Assembly: GCA_964486785.1 (NCBI GenBank)
Contig: CAZAOL010000001.1
Coordinates: 1-36,723, forward strand
From: an uncultured Oscillospiraceae bacterium
Lineage (GTDB): Bacteria > Bacillota > Clostridia > Oscillospirales > Oscillospiraceae
Length of the DNA stretch: 36,723 nt
Reading direction: 5' to 3'
Shown: piece after piece, positions 28,002 through 36,723 of the stretch
Layout of the letters: each line of letters starts with the position of its first letter
Position numbering within the stretch: position 1 is the stretch's first letter
Position numbers and translations under genes: made by a program
The notes under the pieces: generated by a model
Told to the model about the DNA's origin: nothing
Seen by the model: the letters and a program-made list of their open reading frames with translations, nothing else
The model's database searches: none

Positions 28002-29000
28002 ATGGCAATGAAAATTCATAAAAAAAGAGCAATGGCATTTGCCATGGCGACAATTCTCTCTCTGTCCGCTCTGTCCTTTGCCGGGTGCAGCAGCCGGGAG
28101 GCTGTAGTGATTTATGCCAGCGCGGAGGACTACCGGCTGGAATATATGCAGCAGCGGCTTGCGGAGGAATTTCCCCAGTACCGGATTGTGATTGAGTATC
28201 TGCCCACCGGCAACCATGCCGCCCGTCTTTTGGCGGAGGGCGCGCGCACTCCCTGTGACATTACCTACGATTTGGAATATACCTATTTGCAGCGTTTGGC
28301 GGCGGAGGGGCTGCTGGCAGACCTGTCTGACTATGATTACTCCGTATTCTGCGACGATACCGTGGAAAGCCAATATTATATGGCGGAGTACCGCAACGGC
28401 GGCGCGATCATCGTAAATCCGGCGGTGCTGGAAAAGTACGGTCTGGAAAAGCCTACCTGCTACGATGACCTGCTAAAGCCGGAATACCGGGGACTGATCT
28501 CCATGCCCGACCCCGCCACCTCCGGCACGGGCTATATGTTCCTGCTTGCCATGGTCAACGCCCGCGGGGAAGAGGCGGCACTGGAGTATTTTGACGCCCT
28601 TTCCGAAAATGTTTTGCAATTTACCTCCTCCGGCTCCGGGCCAATCAATGCCCTGACCCAGCAGGAGGCGGCAATCGGACTGAGCATCACCGGCACAGCC
28701 GTCACCGCCATCAACGAGGGGGCGGAGCTGGAGCTGCTGTTTTTTGAGGAAGGCTCGCCCTACGCCCTCTACGGGCAGGCGATAATCGCCGGCAAGGAGG
28801 ACAATCCCGCGGTGCGGGCGGTTTACGACTTCCTTTACAGTACCTACGCCTATGAAAACTGCGCGAGATTTTTCCCGGAGCAGATTTTTAAGGATAGAAC
28901 CTTTGTTGTTGAAAACTACCCCGCCAATATCACCTACTGTGATATGAGCGGCAATACTGCCCAGCAAAAGGAGCATCTGCTTGCTCTTTGGAGCGACTGA
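28002..29000 (+). CDS. ABC transporter substrate-binding lipoprotein (AfuA/FbpA/PhnS-like)
   Basis: Lipobox FAGC; ARLLAEG, DLLKPEYRGLISMPDPATSGTG and FTSSGSGP motifs. Confidence 0.85.
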   Translation: MAMKIHKKRAMAFAMATILSLSALSFAGCSSREAVVIYASAEDYRLEYMQQRLAEEFPQYRIVIEYLPTGNHAARLLAEGARTPCDITYDLEYTYLQRLAAEGLLADLSDYDYSVFCDDTVESQYYMAEYRNGGAIIVNPAVLEKYGLEKPTCYDDLLKPEYRGLISMPDPATSGTGYMFLLAMVNARGEEAALEYFDALSENVLQFTSSGSGPINALTQQEAAIGLSITGTAVTAINEGAELELLFFEEGSPYALYGQAIIAGKEDNPAVRAVYDFLYSTYAYENCARFFPEQIFKDRTFVVENYPANITYCDMSGNTAQQKEHLLALWSD

Positions 29001-29012
29001 TTGGAGCGTCCC

Positions 29013-29777
29013 ATGGAAGAAAACATGAAATTAGAGATCATCGACCTGAAACAGGACTACCAAAAGGATACCCCCGTGGTAAAAGGGGTTTCCTTTCAGG
29101 TGAGAAAGGGAGAGTTTTTGTCCATTCTCGGCTCCTCCGGCTGCGGCAAGACCACTTTGCTGCGGATGCTGATCGGCATCCTGCCCCCCACCTCCGGGAA
29201 AATCCTGAAGGACGGCGTGGACATTACCCACACCCACCCCTCCAAGCGGGAAATGGGCATTGTGTTTCAAAACTATGCCCTGTTTGAAAATATGGATGTA
29301 TTCACGAATGTGGCGTACTCCCTGAAGGTACACCATGTGCCGGACTATCAGGAAAAGACCATGGACATCCTGCGGCGCATGGGCTTGGAGAGCCTGAAGG
29401 ACAAAAAGCCGGCGGAACTTTCCGGCGGTCAGCAGCAGCGGGTGGCGATCGCCCGCACCATGGTGCTCCACCCGGACATCGTTCTCTTTGACGAGCCGCT
29501 GTCGGCGTTGGATGCCTCCACCCGGCTGATGATGCGTAAGCAGATCCGCCAGATCCAGGAGGATTTCGGGCTGACGGTGATCTACGTGACCCACGATCAG
29601 GAGGAGGCCTTCGCCCTTTCTGACCGGATCATCGTGATGCGGGACGGCGTGATCGAGCAGCTTGCCACCCCTGAGGAGCTGGTGGCAAACCCCGCCACAC
29701 CCTTTGTGCAGGAATTTGTGGTGGATAACCTAAATACCAAGCTGGAAGCCTTAGACCGCTACAGGAGGACACCCTGA
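29013..29777 (+). CDS. ABC transporter ATP-binding protein (PotA/AfuC-like, short)
   Basis: GSSGCGKT, VFQNYALF, LSGGQQQR, LFDEP and VTHDQEEA motifs. Start uncertain (29001, 29013 or 29025). Confidence 0.92.
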   Translation: MEENMKLEIIDLKQDYQKDTPVVKGVSFQVRKGEFLSILGSSGCGKTTLLRMLIGILPPTSGKILKDGVDITHTHPSKREMGIVFQNYALFENMDVFTNVAYSLKVHHVPDYQEKTMDILRRMGLESLKDKKPAELSGGQQQRVAIARTMVLHPDIVLFDEPLSALDASTRLMMRKQIRQIQEDFGLTVIYVTHDQEEAFALSDRIIVMRDGVIEQLATPEELVANPATPFVQEFVVDNLNTKLEALDRYRRTP

Positions 29778-31378
29778 TGGGCGGCGGGCAAAACCGCTGG
29801 CGGGCGGTTCCCATTGCGCTGGCGGGGATCTTTACGGTGGCGATCGTACTGCCGCTGATTAGTATGTTCTCCGGCATGAGCGCGCAGAGCATCCAAACCG
29901 TGTTTCAAAAAAGCTCCCTGTGGCAGATCATCGGCAATTCCGTGCTGGCCTCCGGGCTGACTACGGTGATCTCCATTGCGCTGGCGTACTTACTTGCGTG
30001 GTGTCTGGAGCGGACGAACATGGCGGGGAAACGGCTGTTTTCCACGCTGGTGACCCTGCCGATGCTGATTCCCTCGGTGTCCATTGGTATGGGCGTGGTG
30101 CTGCTGGGCGGCAACAACGGTTTGCTGACCCACCTGTTTGGCGGGGAGGTTGGCGGTGTTTACGGCCTGACGGGCATCGTTTGGGGCTCGACGCTGTATT
30201 CTCTGCCGGTGGCGTTTTTGATGATCCATGATATCCTTAAGGGTATGGACCGCACCCCCTATGAGGCGGCAATGGTGCTGGGGATCCCCAAATGGCGGCA
30301 GTTCACCGCCATCACCCTGCCGTATCTGCGCAAGCCCATGATCTCGGTGGCGTTTGCCGTGTTTACCCTGTCCTTTACGGACTACGGCGTGCCCCTGATG
30401 GTGGGCGGAAAATTCAAGACCTTGCCTATGCTGATGTATCAGGAGGTCATTGGACAGCTTGACTTCGGCAAGGGCTGTGTATACGGAAGCATCCTGCTGA
30501 TCCCCGCAGTGCTTTCCTTCCTGATCGACCGGGCGACCAAGGACGACGGCAGCTCCGGCACGGTCAGAAGACCCGTAGCGATCCGAAGCAAAAAATGGGG
30601 AAACCGGCTGGCCTTTGTATACAGCGGACTGCTTTCTCTGGGCTGTGTTCTGCCCATCGGCTGCTTCGCTCTGCTGGCCTTCGTGGAAAACTACCCTGTG
30701 AACATGGTGTTCACCTTAGATAACATCGCCAAGACCTTCCGCATGGGCGGCGGCGACTATTTGCTCAACTCCGTGGTGATCGCGGTGCTGGTATCCGTCA
30801 TCGGTACCGCGCTGGCAGTGGCGGCGGCTTACTACACCGCCCGCTCCCGTGCCCGGGGCAGCCGGTATCTGCACCTGATTTCCATGGCGGTGGCTGCTGT
30901 TCCCGGCGTGGTGCTGGGTCTGGCGTACATCCTGTTTTTCGGCAGTACACCCCTGTACGGCACACTGGCGATTTTGGTGATGGTGAATATCGTTCACTTC
31001 TTTGCCTCCCCCTATCTGATGATCTACAATGCCTTTGGCAAGATCGACGGGAATTTGGAGGCGGTGGCGGCTACGCTGGGTATTGGCGGACCGCGGTTTT
31101 TCCGGGATATCCTCCTGCCCCGGTGCCGGGGCACCATTCGGGAGATGCTTGCTTATTTCTTTGTCAACAGCATGATGACCATTTCCGCTGTATCGTTGCT
31201 GGCGGGGCCGCTGACCAAGCCCTTGGCGTTGCTGATCAACCGCTTTGAGGCACAGGCACAGCTAGAGTGCGCGGCGGTGGTCTCCGTGGTGATCTTGGCG
31301 GTGAATCTGCTGGTGAAGGCACTGCTGCAGTTCCCTGACCGGAAATGTAAAAGAATGAAAGGAAAGAAGGTTCTGTAA
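29777..31378 (+). CDS. ABC transporter permease with two fused membrane domains (AfuB/FbpB-like)
   Basis: Two EAA loops (YEAAMVLG and LEAVAATLG), SFTDYGVPLMVGG, many TM segments. Confidence 0.9.
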   Translation: MGGGQNRWRAVPIALAGIFTVAIVLPLISMFSGMSAQSIQTVFQKSSLWQIIGNSVLASGLTTVISIALAYLLAWCLERTNMAGKRLFSTLVTLPMLIPSVSIGMGVVLLGGNNGLLTHLFGGEVGGVYGLTGIVWGSTLYSLPVAFLMIHDILKGMDRTPYEAAMVLGIPKWRQFTAITLPYLRKPMISVAFAVFTLSFTDYGVPLMVGGKFKTLPMLMYQEVIGQLDFGKGCVYGSILLIPAVLSFLIDRATKDDGSSGTVRRPVAIRSKKWGNRLAFVYSGLLSLGCVLPIGCFALLAFVENYPVNMVFTLDNIAKTFRMGGGDYLLNSVVIAVLVSVIGTALAVAAAYYTARSRARGSRYLHLISMAVAAVPGVVLGLAYILFFGSTPLYGTLAILVMVNIVHFFASPYLMIYNAFGKIDGNLEAVAATLGIGGPRFFRDILLPRCRGTIREMLAYFFVNSMMTISAVSLLAGPLTKPLALLINRFEAQAQLECAAVVSVVILAVNLLVKALLQFPDRKCKRMKGKKVL

Positions 31379-32421
31379 TGGCGGATTTTTGTGGAAAGAC
31401 GCTGCTGATCACCGGCGGCACGGGCAGCTTCGGCAACGCGGTGCTGAATCGGTTTTTGGATACGGATATTGGAGAGATCCGGATATTCTCCCGGGATGAA
31501 AAGAAGCAGGACGATATGCGCCACTTTTTTCAGGCCAATCAGCCGGAGGTGGCGGACAAGCTGCGGTTTTACATCGGCGATGTGCGAAACATCAGCTCCA
31601 TCAAGGACGCCATGCGGGGCGTGGATTATGTATTCCATGCCGCTGCCTTGAAACAGGTCCCCTCCTGTGAGTTTTTCCCCATGGAGGCGGTGAAGACCAA
31701 TATCATCGGCACCGACAATGTGCTCACCGCCGCCATTGAGCTGGGCGTGAAAAGTGTGATCTGCCTGTCTACGGACAAGGCGGCATACCCCGTCAATGCC
31801 ATGGGCACCTCCAAGGCGATGATGGAGAAGGTGGTCGTTGCGAAAAGCCGCAACGCGGAAAATACAAAAATTTGCTGCACCCGCTACGGCAACGTGCTGT
31901 GCAGCCGGGGCAGTGTTGTGCCCCTGTGGATCGAGCAGATCAAGTCAGGCAAGCCTGTCACGGTCACAGAACCCTCCATGACTCGCTTCATTATGAGTCT
32001 GGAGGAGGCGGTGGAGCTGGTGCTGTTCGCCTTTGAAAACGGCGAAAGCGGCGACATTCTGGTGCAAAAAGCACCTGCCTGCACCATCGAAACCCTTGCC
32101 AAGGCGGTCACGGAGCTGTTCGCCCCGGGACATGAGATCCGCACCATCGGCATCCGTCACGGCGAGAAGCTGTATGAGACCCTGCTGACCGACGAGGAAT
32201 GTGAGCACGCCGTGGATCTGGGAGAATTCTACCGTGTGCCCTGCGACAAGCGTGGTCTGAACTATGACAAATATTTCAAGGAAGGCAGCGTGGCGCGGGT
32301 CCACCTGACCGCCTTCCATTCCTCCAACACCGCTCAGCTTACGGTGGAGCAGGTGAAGCAGAAGCTGCTGACGCTGGATTATATCCGTCAGGAGCTGGCG
32401 GCATGGGAGGGCAGTGAATGA
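31378..32421 (+). CDS. fnlA: UDP-GlcNAc 4,6-dehydratase/epimerase (FnlA/CapE)
   Basis: ITGGTGSFG, FSRDEKKQDDMR, HAAALKQVPSCEFFP, LSTDKA, MGTSK and GIRHGEK motifs. Confidence 0.92.
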   Translation: MADFCGKTLLITGGTGSFGNAVLNRFLDTDIGEIRIFSRDEKKQDDMRHFFQANQPEVADKLRFYIGDVRNISSIKDAMRGVDYVFHAAALKQVPSCEFFPMEAVKTNIIGTDNVLTAAIELGVKSVICLSTDKAAYPVNAMGTSKAMMEKVVVAKSRNAENTKICCTRYGNVLCSRGSVVPLWIEQIKSGKPVTVTEPSMTRFIMSLEEAVELVLFAFENGESGDILVQKAPACTIETLAKAVTELFAPGHEIRTIGIRHGEKLYETLLTDEECEHAVDLGEFYRVPCDKRGLNYDKYFKEGSVARVHLTAFHSSNTAQLTVEQVKQKLLTLDYIRQELAAWEGSE

Positions 32422-33605
32422 ATATTCTGGTCACCGGAGCAAAGGGCTTCGTGGGAAGGAATGTGGTGCAGTCCCTGAAAAGCGTCCGGGACGGAAAGGA
32501 CCGTACCCGCAGCCTTTCCATCGGGCAGATCATGGAGTATGATTTGGACACGGATCCCGCTCTTTTGCCCCAATACTGCGAAAAGGCGGACTTTGTACTC
32601 CATCTTGCCGGGGTGAACCGCCCCAAGGAGCAAAGCGCGTTCATGGAGGGCAATTTCGGCTTCACCGCTACCTTATTAAATACCCTGAGGGCCAAGGGCA
32701 ATGCCTGTCCGGTGATGATCTCGTCCTCTGTGCAAGCCACCTGCGTCGGCCGCTACGACAGCGATTACGGCAGGAGCAAGAAAGCGGGCGAGGAGCTTGT
32801 CTTTGCCTACGGCGAGGAAACCGGAGCGAAGGTGCTGGTGTACCGCTTCCCCAACCTGTTCGGCAAATGGTGCCGCCCTAACTATAATTCCGCGGTGGCC
32901 ACCTTCTGCCATAACATCGCCAATGACCTGCCCATCACCGTTTCCGACCCCAAGGTGGAGCTGGAGCTGGTGTATATCGACGATCTGGTGGCGGAGCTTT
33001 TGGACGCGCTGGAGGGGAAAGAGCACCGGTGCGGTTACGACGGGCTTAATCCCGTGGCGGGTGAAAGGTTTTGCCGCGTTCCCACCAGCCACAAGGTGAC
33101 GCTGGGGGAGATCGTAGACCTGCTGGGGCAGTTTCGTGACCAGCCGAAAACCCTTCGGATGCCCCGGATCCCGGAAAATTCCTTTGCCAAAAAGCTGTAT
33201 TCCACCTACCTTTCCTATCTTCCCAAGGAGAAGGTCGCCTTTCCTCTGAAAAAGAACGAGGATGCCCGGGGCAGCTTTACCGAGCTTTTGAAGACTGACG
33301 GCTGCGGACAGTTCAGCGTGAACATTTCCAAGCCCGGAATCACCAAGGGGCAGCACTGGCACCACAGCAAATGGGAATTTTTCATCGTGGTGGCAGGTAA
33401 GGGCCTGATCCAGATGCGCCAAATCGGCTCGGAGGAAGTCTTGGAGTTTTATGTAAACGGCGAAAGGCCGGAGGCGGTGCATATGCTTCCCGGCTACACC
33501 CATAACATTATCAATCTCAGCGATACAAATGATCTGGTCACCGTCATGTGGGCCAACGAGTCCTTTGATCCTGACCGCCCGGACACCTTCGGTGAGCCGG
33601 TTTAG
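32418..33605 (+). CDS. fnlB: UDP-L-FucNAc pathway reductase/epimerase with C-terminal cupin (FnlB/CapF)
   Basis: TGAKGFVG, HLAGVNRP, FGKWCRPNYNSAVATFC, KGQHWHHSKWE and VMWANE motifs. Confidence 0.92.
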   Translation: MNILVTGAKGFVGRNVVQSLKSVRDGKDRTRSLSIGQIMEYDLDTDPALLPQYCEKADFVLHLAGVNRPKEQSAFMEGNFGFTATLLNTLRAKGNACPVMISSSVQATCVGRYDSDYGRSKKAGEELVFAYGEETGAKVLVYRFPNLFGKWCRPNYNSAVATFCHNIANDLPITVSDPKVELELVYIDDLVAELLDALEGKEHRCGYDGLNPVAGERFCRVPTSHKVTLGEIVDLLGQFRDQPKTLRMPRIPENSFAKKLYSTYLSYLPKEKVAFPLKKNEDARGSFTELLKTDGCGQFSVNISKPGITKGQHWHHSKWEFFIVVAGKGLIQMRQIGSEEVLEFYVNGERPEAVHMLPGYTHNIINLSDTNDLVTVMWANESFDPDRPDTFGEPV

Positions 33606-33626
33606 ATTAGAAAAGAGGTAGTTTCC

Positions 33627-33857
33627 ATGTCTGAAGAAAAAACCACCCAATCCCACAGCCGGCGGCATAAGCATCGCCGCCACAGATTCAGCTACAGCCA
33701 GAATCAGCTAGTGAAGTTTGTGATGCGGTACAAATTCCAGATCCTCACCGCGTTGCTGCTGGTGGCAGCCCTTGTAGCGGTGATCGCGGTGCTGATCTCG
33801 GAGCTGTTCTTTACGGAAGAGGTTTTGTCGGCGGCACAATTGCTGACCCGGGTGTAA
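33627..33857 (+). CDS. Small single-TM hypothetical protein with His/Arg-rich N-terminus
   Basis: AAGAGGT RBS; fills the fnlB-fnlC gap on the same strand; hydrophobic run ILTALLLVAALVAVIAVLI. Confidence 0.65.
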   Translation: MSEEKTTQSHSRRHKHRRHRFSYSQNQLVKFVMRYKFQILTALLLVAALVAVIAVLISELFFTEEVLSAAQLLTRV

Positions 33858-33861
33858 GATT

Positions 33862-35028
33862 ATGGATAAGGTAAAATTTCGGGATAACGGCAAGCTGAAG
33901 CTGCTGATCGTGGTGGGCACACGGCCGGAAATCATCCGGCTGTCTGAGGTGATCCGCAAATGCAGAGCCTGCTTCGATACCGTGCTCGCCCACACCGGTC
34001 AGAATTACGACTATAACCTCAACGGCGTATTTTTCCGGGACTTGGAATTGGAAGACCCGGAGGTGTATCTGGATGCCGTGGGGGCGGATCTGGGCGAAAC
34101 CATGGGCAATATCATCGCCAAAAGCTATCAGCTTATGGCGCGGCTTCGTCCGGACGCGGTGCTGGTGCTGGGAGATACCAACTCCTGCCTGTCCGTGATC
34201 GGTGCCAAGCGGCTGCACATCCCCATTTTCCATATGGAGGCGGGCAACCGCTGCAAGGATGAGTGTCTGCCGGAGGAAACCAACCGCCGGATCGTGGACA
34301 TTATCTCCGATGTGAATCTGTGCTATTCCGAGCACGCCCGCCGGTATTTGGCGGATTGCGGACTGCCCAAGGAGCGCACCTACGTTACCGGCTCGCCTAT
34401 GGCGGAGGTGCTGCACCGGAATCTGGAGAAGATTCGTGCCAGCGATATCCACCGGCGGCTGGGATTGGAGAAGGGGAAATACATCCTGCTTTCCGCCCAC
34501 CGGGAGGAGAATATCGACACGGAAGAGAATTTCCGCTCTCTGTTCGACGCGATCAATGAAATGGCGCGGCGTTACGATATGCCGGTGCTGTATTCCTGCC
34601 ATCCCCGCTCCAAAAAGCGGCTGGAGGCCACCGGCTTCGAGCTGGACAGCCGGGTGATCTGCCATGAGCCGCTGGGCTTTTTGGACTACAACTGCTTGCA
34701 GCTCCATGCCTTTGCGGTGGTGTCCGATTCCGGTACGCTGCCGGAGGAGTCCAGCTTCTACACCTCGGTGGGGCAGCCCTTCCCGGCGGTGTGCATCCGC
34801 ACCTCCACCGAACGGCCGGAGGCGTTGGACAAGGCCTGCTTCGTGCTGGCAGGTATTGACCGGCGCAGTCTGTTGCAGGCGGTGGATACGGCGGTTTCTC
34901 TGCATCAGCAGGGCTTCCATGGCATCCCTGTGCCGGATTACACCGAGGAAAATGTGTCTACCAAGGTGGTCAAGCTGATCCAAAGCTATACCGGTGTGGT
35001 GGATAAAATGGTGTGGAGAAAATTCTGA
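33862..35028 (+). CDS. fnlC: UDP-N-acetylhexosamine 2-epimerase (FnlC/CapG, WecB-like)
   Basis: VGTRPEIIRLS, HTGQNYD, LGDTNS, HMEAGNRC, SDSGTLPEE and TERPE motifs; follows fnlAB. Confidence 0.9.
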   Translation: MDKVKFRDNGKLKLLIVVGTRPEIIRLSEVIRKCRACFDTVLAHTGQNYDYNLNGVFFRDLELEDPEVYLDAVGADLGETMGNIIAKSYQLMARLRPDAVLVLGDTNSCLSVIGAKRLHIPIFHMEAGNRCKDECLPEETNRRIVDIISDVNLCYSEHARRYLADCGLPKERTYVTGSPMAEVLHRNLEKIRASDIHRRLGLEKGKYILLSAHREENIDTEENFRSLFDAINEMARRYDMPVLYSCHPRSKKRLEATGFELDSRVICHEPLGFLDYNCLQLHAFAVVSDSGTLPEESSFYTSVGQPFPAVCIRTSTERPEALDKACFVLAGIDRRSLLQAVDTAVSLHQQGFHGIPVPDYTEENVSTKVVKLIQSYTGVVDKMVWRKF

Positions 35029-35038
35029 CGATTTGTTA

Positions 35039-35067
35039 TTGACATTGTGATGCGAAATTGTTAATAT
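35039..35067 (+). promoter_or_regulatory. SigA-type promoter upstream of the CpsC-CpsD fusion
   Basis: TTGACA (35039-35044)-17 bp-TAATAT (35062-35067) with extended TG. Confidence 0.65.
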
Positions 35068-35136
35068 ATATGTAGCTATCCAATGGGAGGTATAGCCTTT
35101 TGTGCGGATAGGCCTGATTTTTGGAGGCATTTTGCT

Positions 35137-36669
35137 ATGAATGAAAACGAGAAAAATAAGTCGTCCGGCAAGGAGATTGACCTTCGTCAATTACTCACCG
35201 GTCTTTTGAAGAAAAGCTGGATCATCGTGGTGGTAAGCGTCCTTTGCGCGATCCTTACCTTCTTGGGTACTTACTATCTGGTCACTCCCCAGTATAAGTC
35301 CGGCGTTATGTTCTACGTGAACAATAATACGGTTTCCGTGAACGATATGTCTGTCGCGCTTTCTTCCGGCGACCTGAGTGTCCGGCAGAAGCTGGTAGAT
35401 TCCTATATCGTTATCCTGAAAAGCCGTGAGTCGCTGCTGGCCATTATCGACTATGCCGATGTGAATATGAGTCCGGCTACCCTGAAGGGTATGATCAGCG
35501 CGTCCTCCGTCAATTCCACGGAGATCTTCCAGGTGGTCGTCACCAGCCCGGATCCCTATCAGGCGAAGAAGCTGGCGGATGCCATTGCCTATGTGCTGCC
35601 GGACAGAATCAGCAATATCATTGAGAATACCTCCGCGCAGGTGGTGGACAACGCGGTGGTTGCCACCTCTCCCAGCTCCCCCAGCTATTCCAAGAATACC
35701 GCCATGGGCTTCCTGGTGGGCTTGGTGCTTTCCATGGGCGCTGTGGTGCTTTGGGAGCTGTTCGATGTGACCATCCGCACAGAAGAGGATGTTACCCAGA
35801 CCTGCAGCCATCCCGTGCTGGCATCCGTGCCGGATATGCTCAATCAGAGCAAGGGCGGCTACTACTATCGGGACAGCAACCATACCGGCAATGTTTCTGC
35901 GGAGAATAAAAAACCGGTCCTTGTGGGTACCGGCATCAGCTTCGCTGCTGCCGAGGCATACAAGCTGCTGCGTACCAAGCTGCAGTTCAGCTTTGTGGAC
36001 GATCAGGACTGCCACATCGTTGGCGTGTCCAGTGCTTTGGCCGGCGAAGGCAAGAGCTTGTCCGCCATCAATTTGGCGTACTCCATGGCACAGCTTGAGA
36101 AGCGGGTGCTGCTGGTGGACTGCGATATGCGCCGTCCCTCTCTGAATGCCAAGCTCCCCATTAAGAAGCTGCCCGGTCTGTCCAACTACCTGACCCGTCA
36201 GGTGTCCTTGGAAGAGGCCATCCAGAAGTACTCCGAGGGAGAGTGTGCCTTCGACGTTGTTTCCTCCGGACGTAACCCACCCAACCCCATCGAGCTGCTC
36301 AGCTCCGAGCGGATGCTTAAGATGCTGTCCCAGCTCCGGGCCAACTACGACTATATTATCCTTGACCTGCCCCCCGTGGGCGAGGTTAGTGACGCATTGG
36401 TTGCCACCAAGCTGGTGGACGGTATTCTGCTGGTGGTTCGTCAGAACTACTGCGACCGCAATGCGCTGGGTGCTGCCTTGGATCAGTTCCGCTTCGTGGA
36501 TACCCGAATCCTTGGCGTGGTGCTGAACTGCACCTCCGACGAAGCCCGCCGCTATGGCAAGCGGTACTATTACTACCGTGGCTACCGCCGGTACTACACC
36601 CGTTATGAGGGAAGCTACAGCGCAGCCTCCCGCTCCGCGAAAAAGGACGCGGAGAAGGAGGAGAGCTAA
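35137..36669 (+). CDS. Fused polysaccharide co-polymerase/tyrosine autokinase (CpsC-CpsD, Wzc-like)
   Basis: Start re-called to ATG 35137 after GGAGG. EIDL plus two TM segments (Wzz-like), EAYKLLRT, Walker A GEGKS, VDCDMRRP, ILDLPP, and a C-terminal Tyr cluster RYYYYRGYRRYY. Confidence 0.92.
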   Translation: MNENEKNKSSGKEIDLRQLLTGLLKKSWIIVVVSVLCAILTFLGTYYLVTPQYKSGVMFYVNNNTVSVNDMSVALSSGDLSVRQKLVDSYIVILKSRESLLAIIDYADVNMSPATLKGMISASSVNSTEIFQVVVTSPDPYQAKKLADAIAYVLPDRISNIIENTSAQVVDNAVVATSPSSPSYSKNTAMGFLVGLVLSMGAVVLWELFDVTIRTEEDVTQTCSHPVLASVPDMLNQSKGGYYYRDSNHTGNVSAENKKPVLVGTGISFAAAEAYKLLRTKLQFSFVDDQDCHIVGVSSALAGEGKSLSAINLAYSMAQLEKRVLLVDCDMRRPSLNAKLPIKKLPGLSNYLTRQVSLEEAIQKYSEGECAFDVVSSGRNPPNPIELLSSERMLKMLSQLRANYDYIILDLPPVGEVSDALVATKLVDGILLVVRQNYCDRNALGAALDQFRFVDTRILGVVLNCTSDEARRYGKRYYYYRGYRRYYTRYEGSYSAASRSAKKDAEKEES

Positions 36670-36723
36670 CGCTCCCGACCCTGCCCCTGCACCAGTTCGC
36701 CCTGTGTGGCGTGTGGAATATAT

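Overview
Gene-dense, mostly GC-rich window, probably from a gut Clostridia-type Bacillota (inferred from gene content and SigA-type promoters). Two Wzy-type surface-polysaccharide loci are transcribed divergently. The left locus (minus strand, 9607 to beyond position 1) encodes a DegT-family aminotransferase, a PglC/EpsL-like priming transferase, a PglD/EpsM-like acetyltransferase, glycosyltransferases and an EpsG-type polymerase. The right locus (plus strand, 12211-36669) encodes a second priming transferase, an HpcH-type aldolase, a 2-hydroxyacid dehydrogenase, a TupA-like ATP-grasp enzyme, glycosyltransferases, a second EpsG polymerase, a 1539-aa secreted NAGPA-domain protein, Wzx, a Stealth phosphotransferase, an AfuABC-like importer, fnlABC and a fused CpsC-CpsD kinase. 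Between the loci is a ZTP-riboswitch-controlled split purO-like/purH operon. Intergenic regions carry several palindromic repeat families and a 135-bp MITE with TIRs and an 11-bp target-site duplication. Best candidate novelties, all hypotheses: a Stealth + NAGPA + sugar-phosphate importer module resembling the eukaryotic GNPTAB/NAGPA pair; an aldolase-reductase-ATP-grasp acyl-tailoring module; and the REP-carrying MITE. All family calls come from motif recognition by eye; no searches were run.
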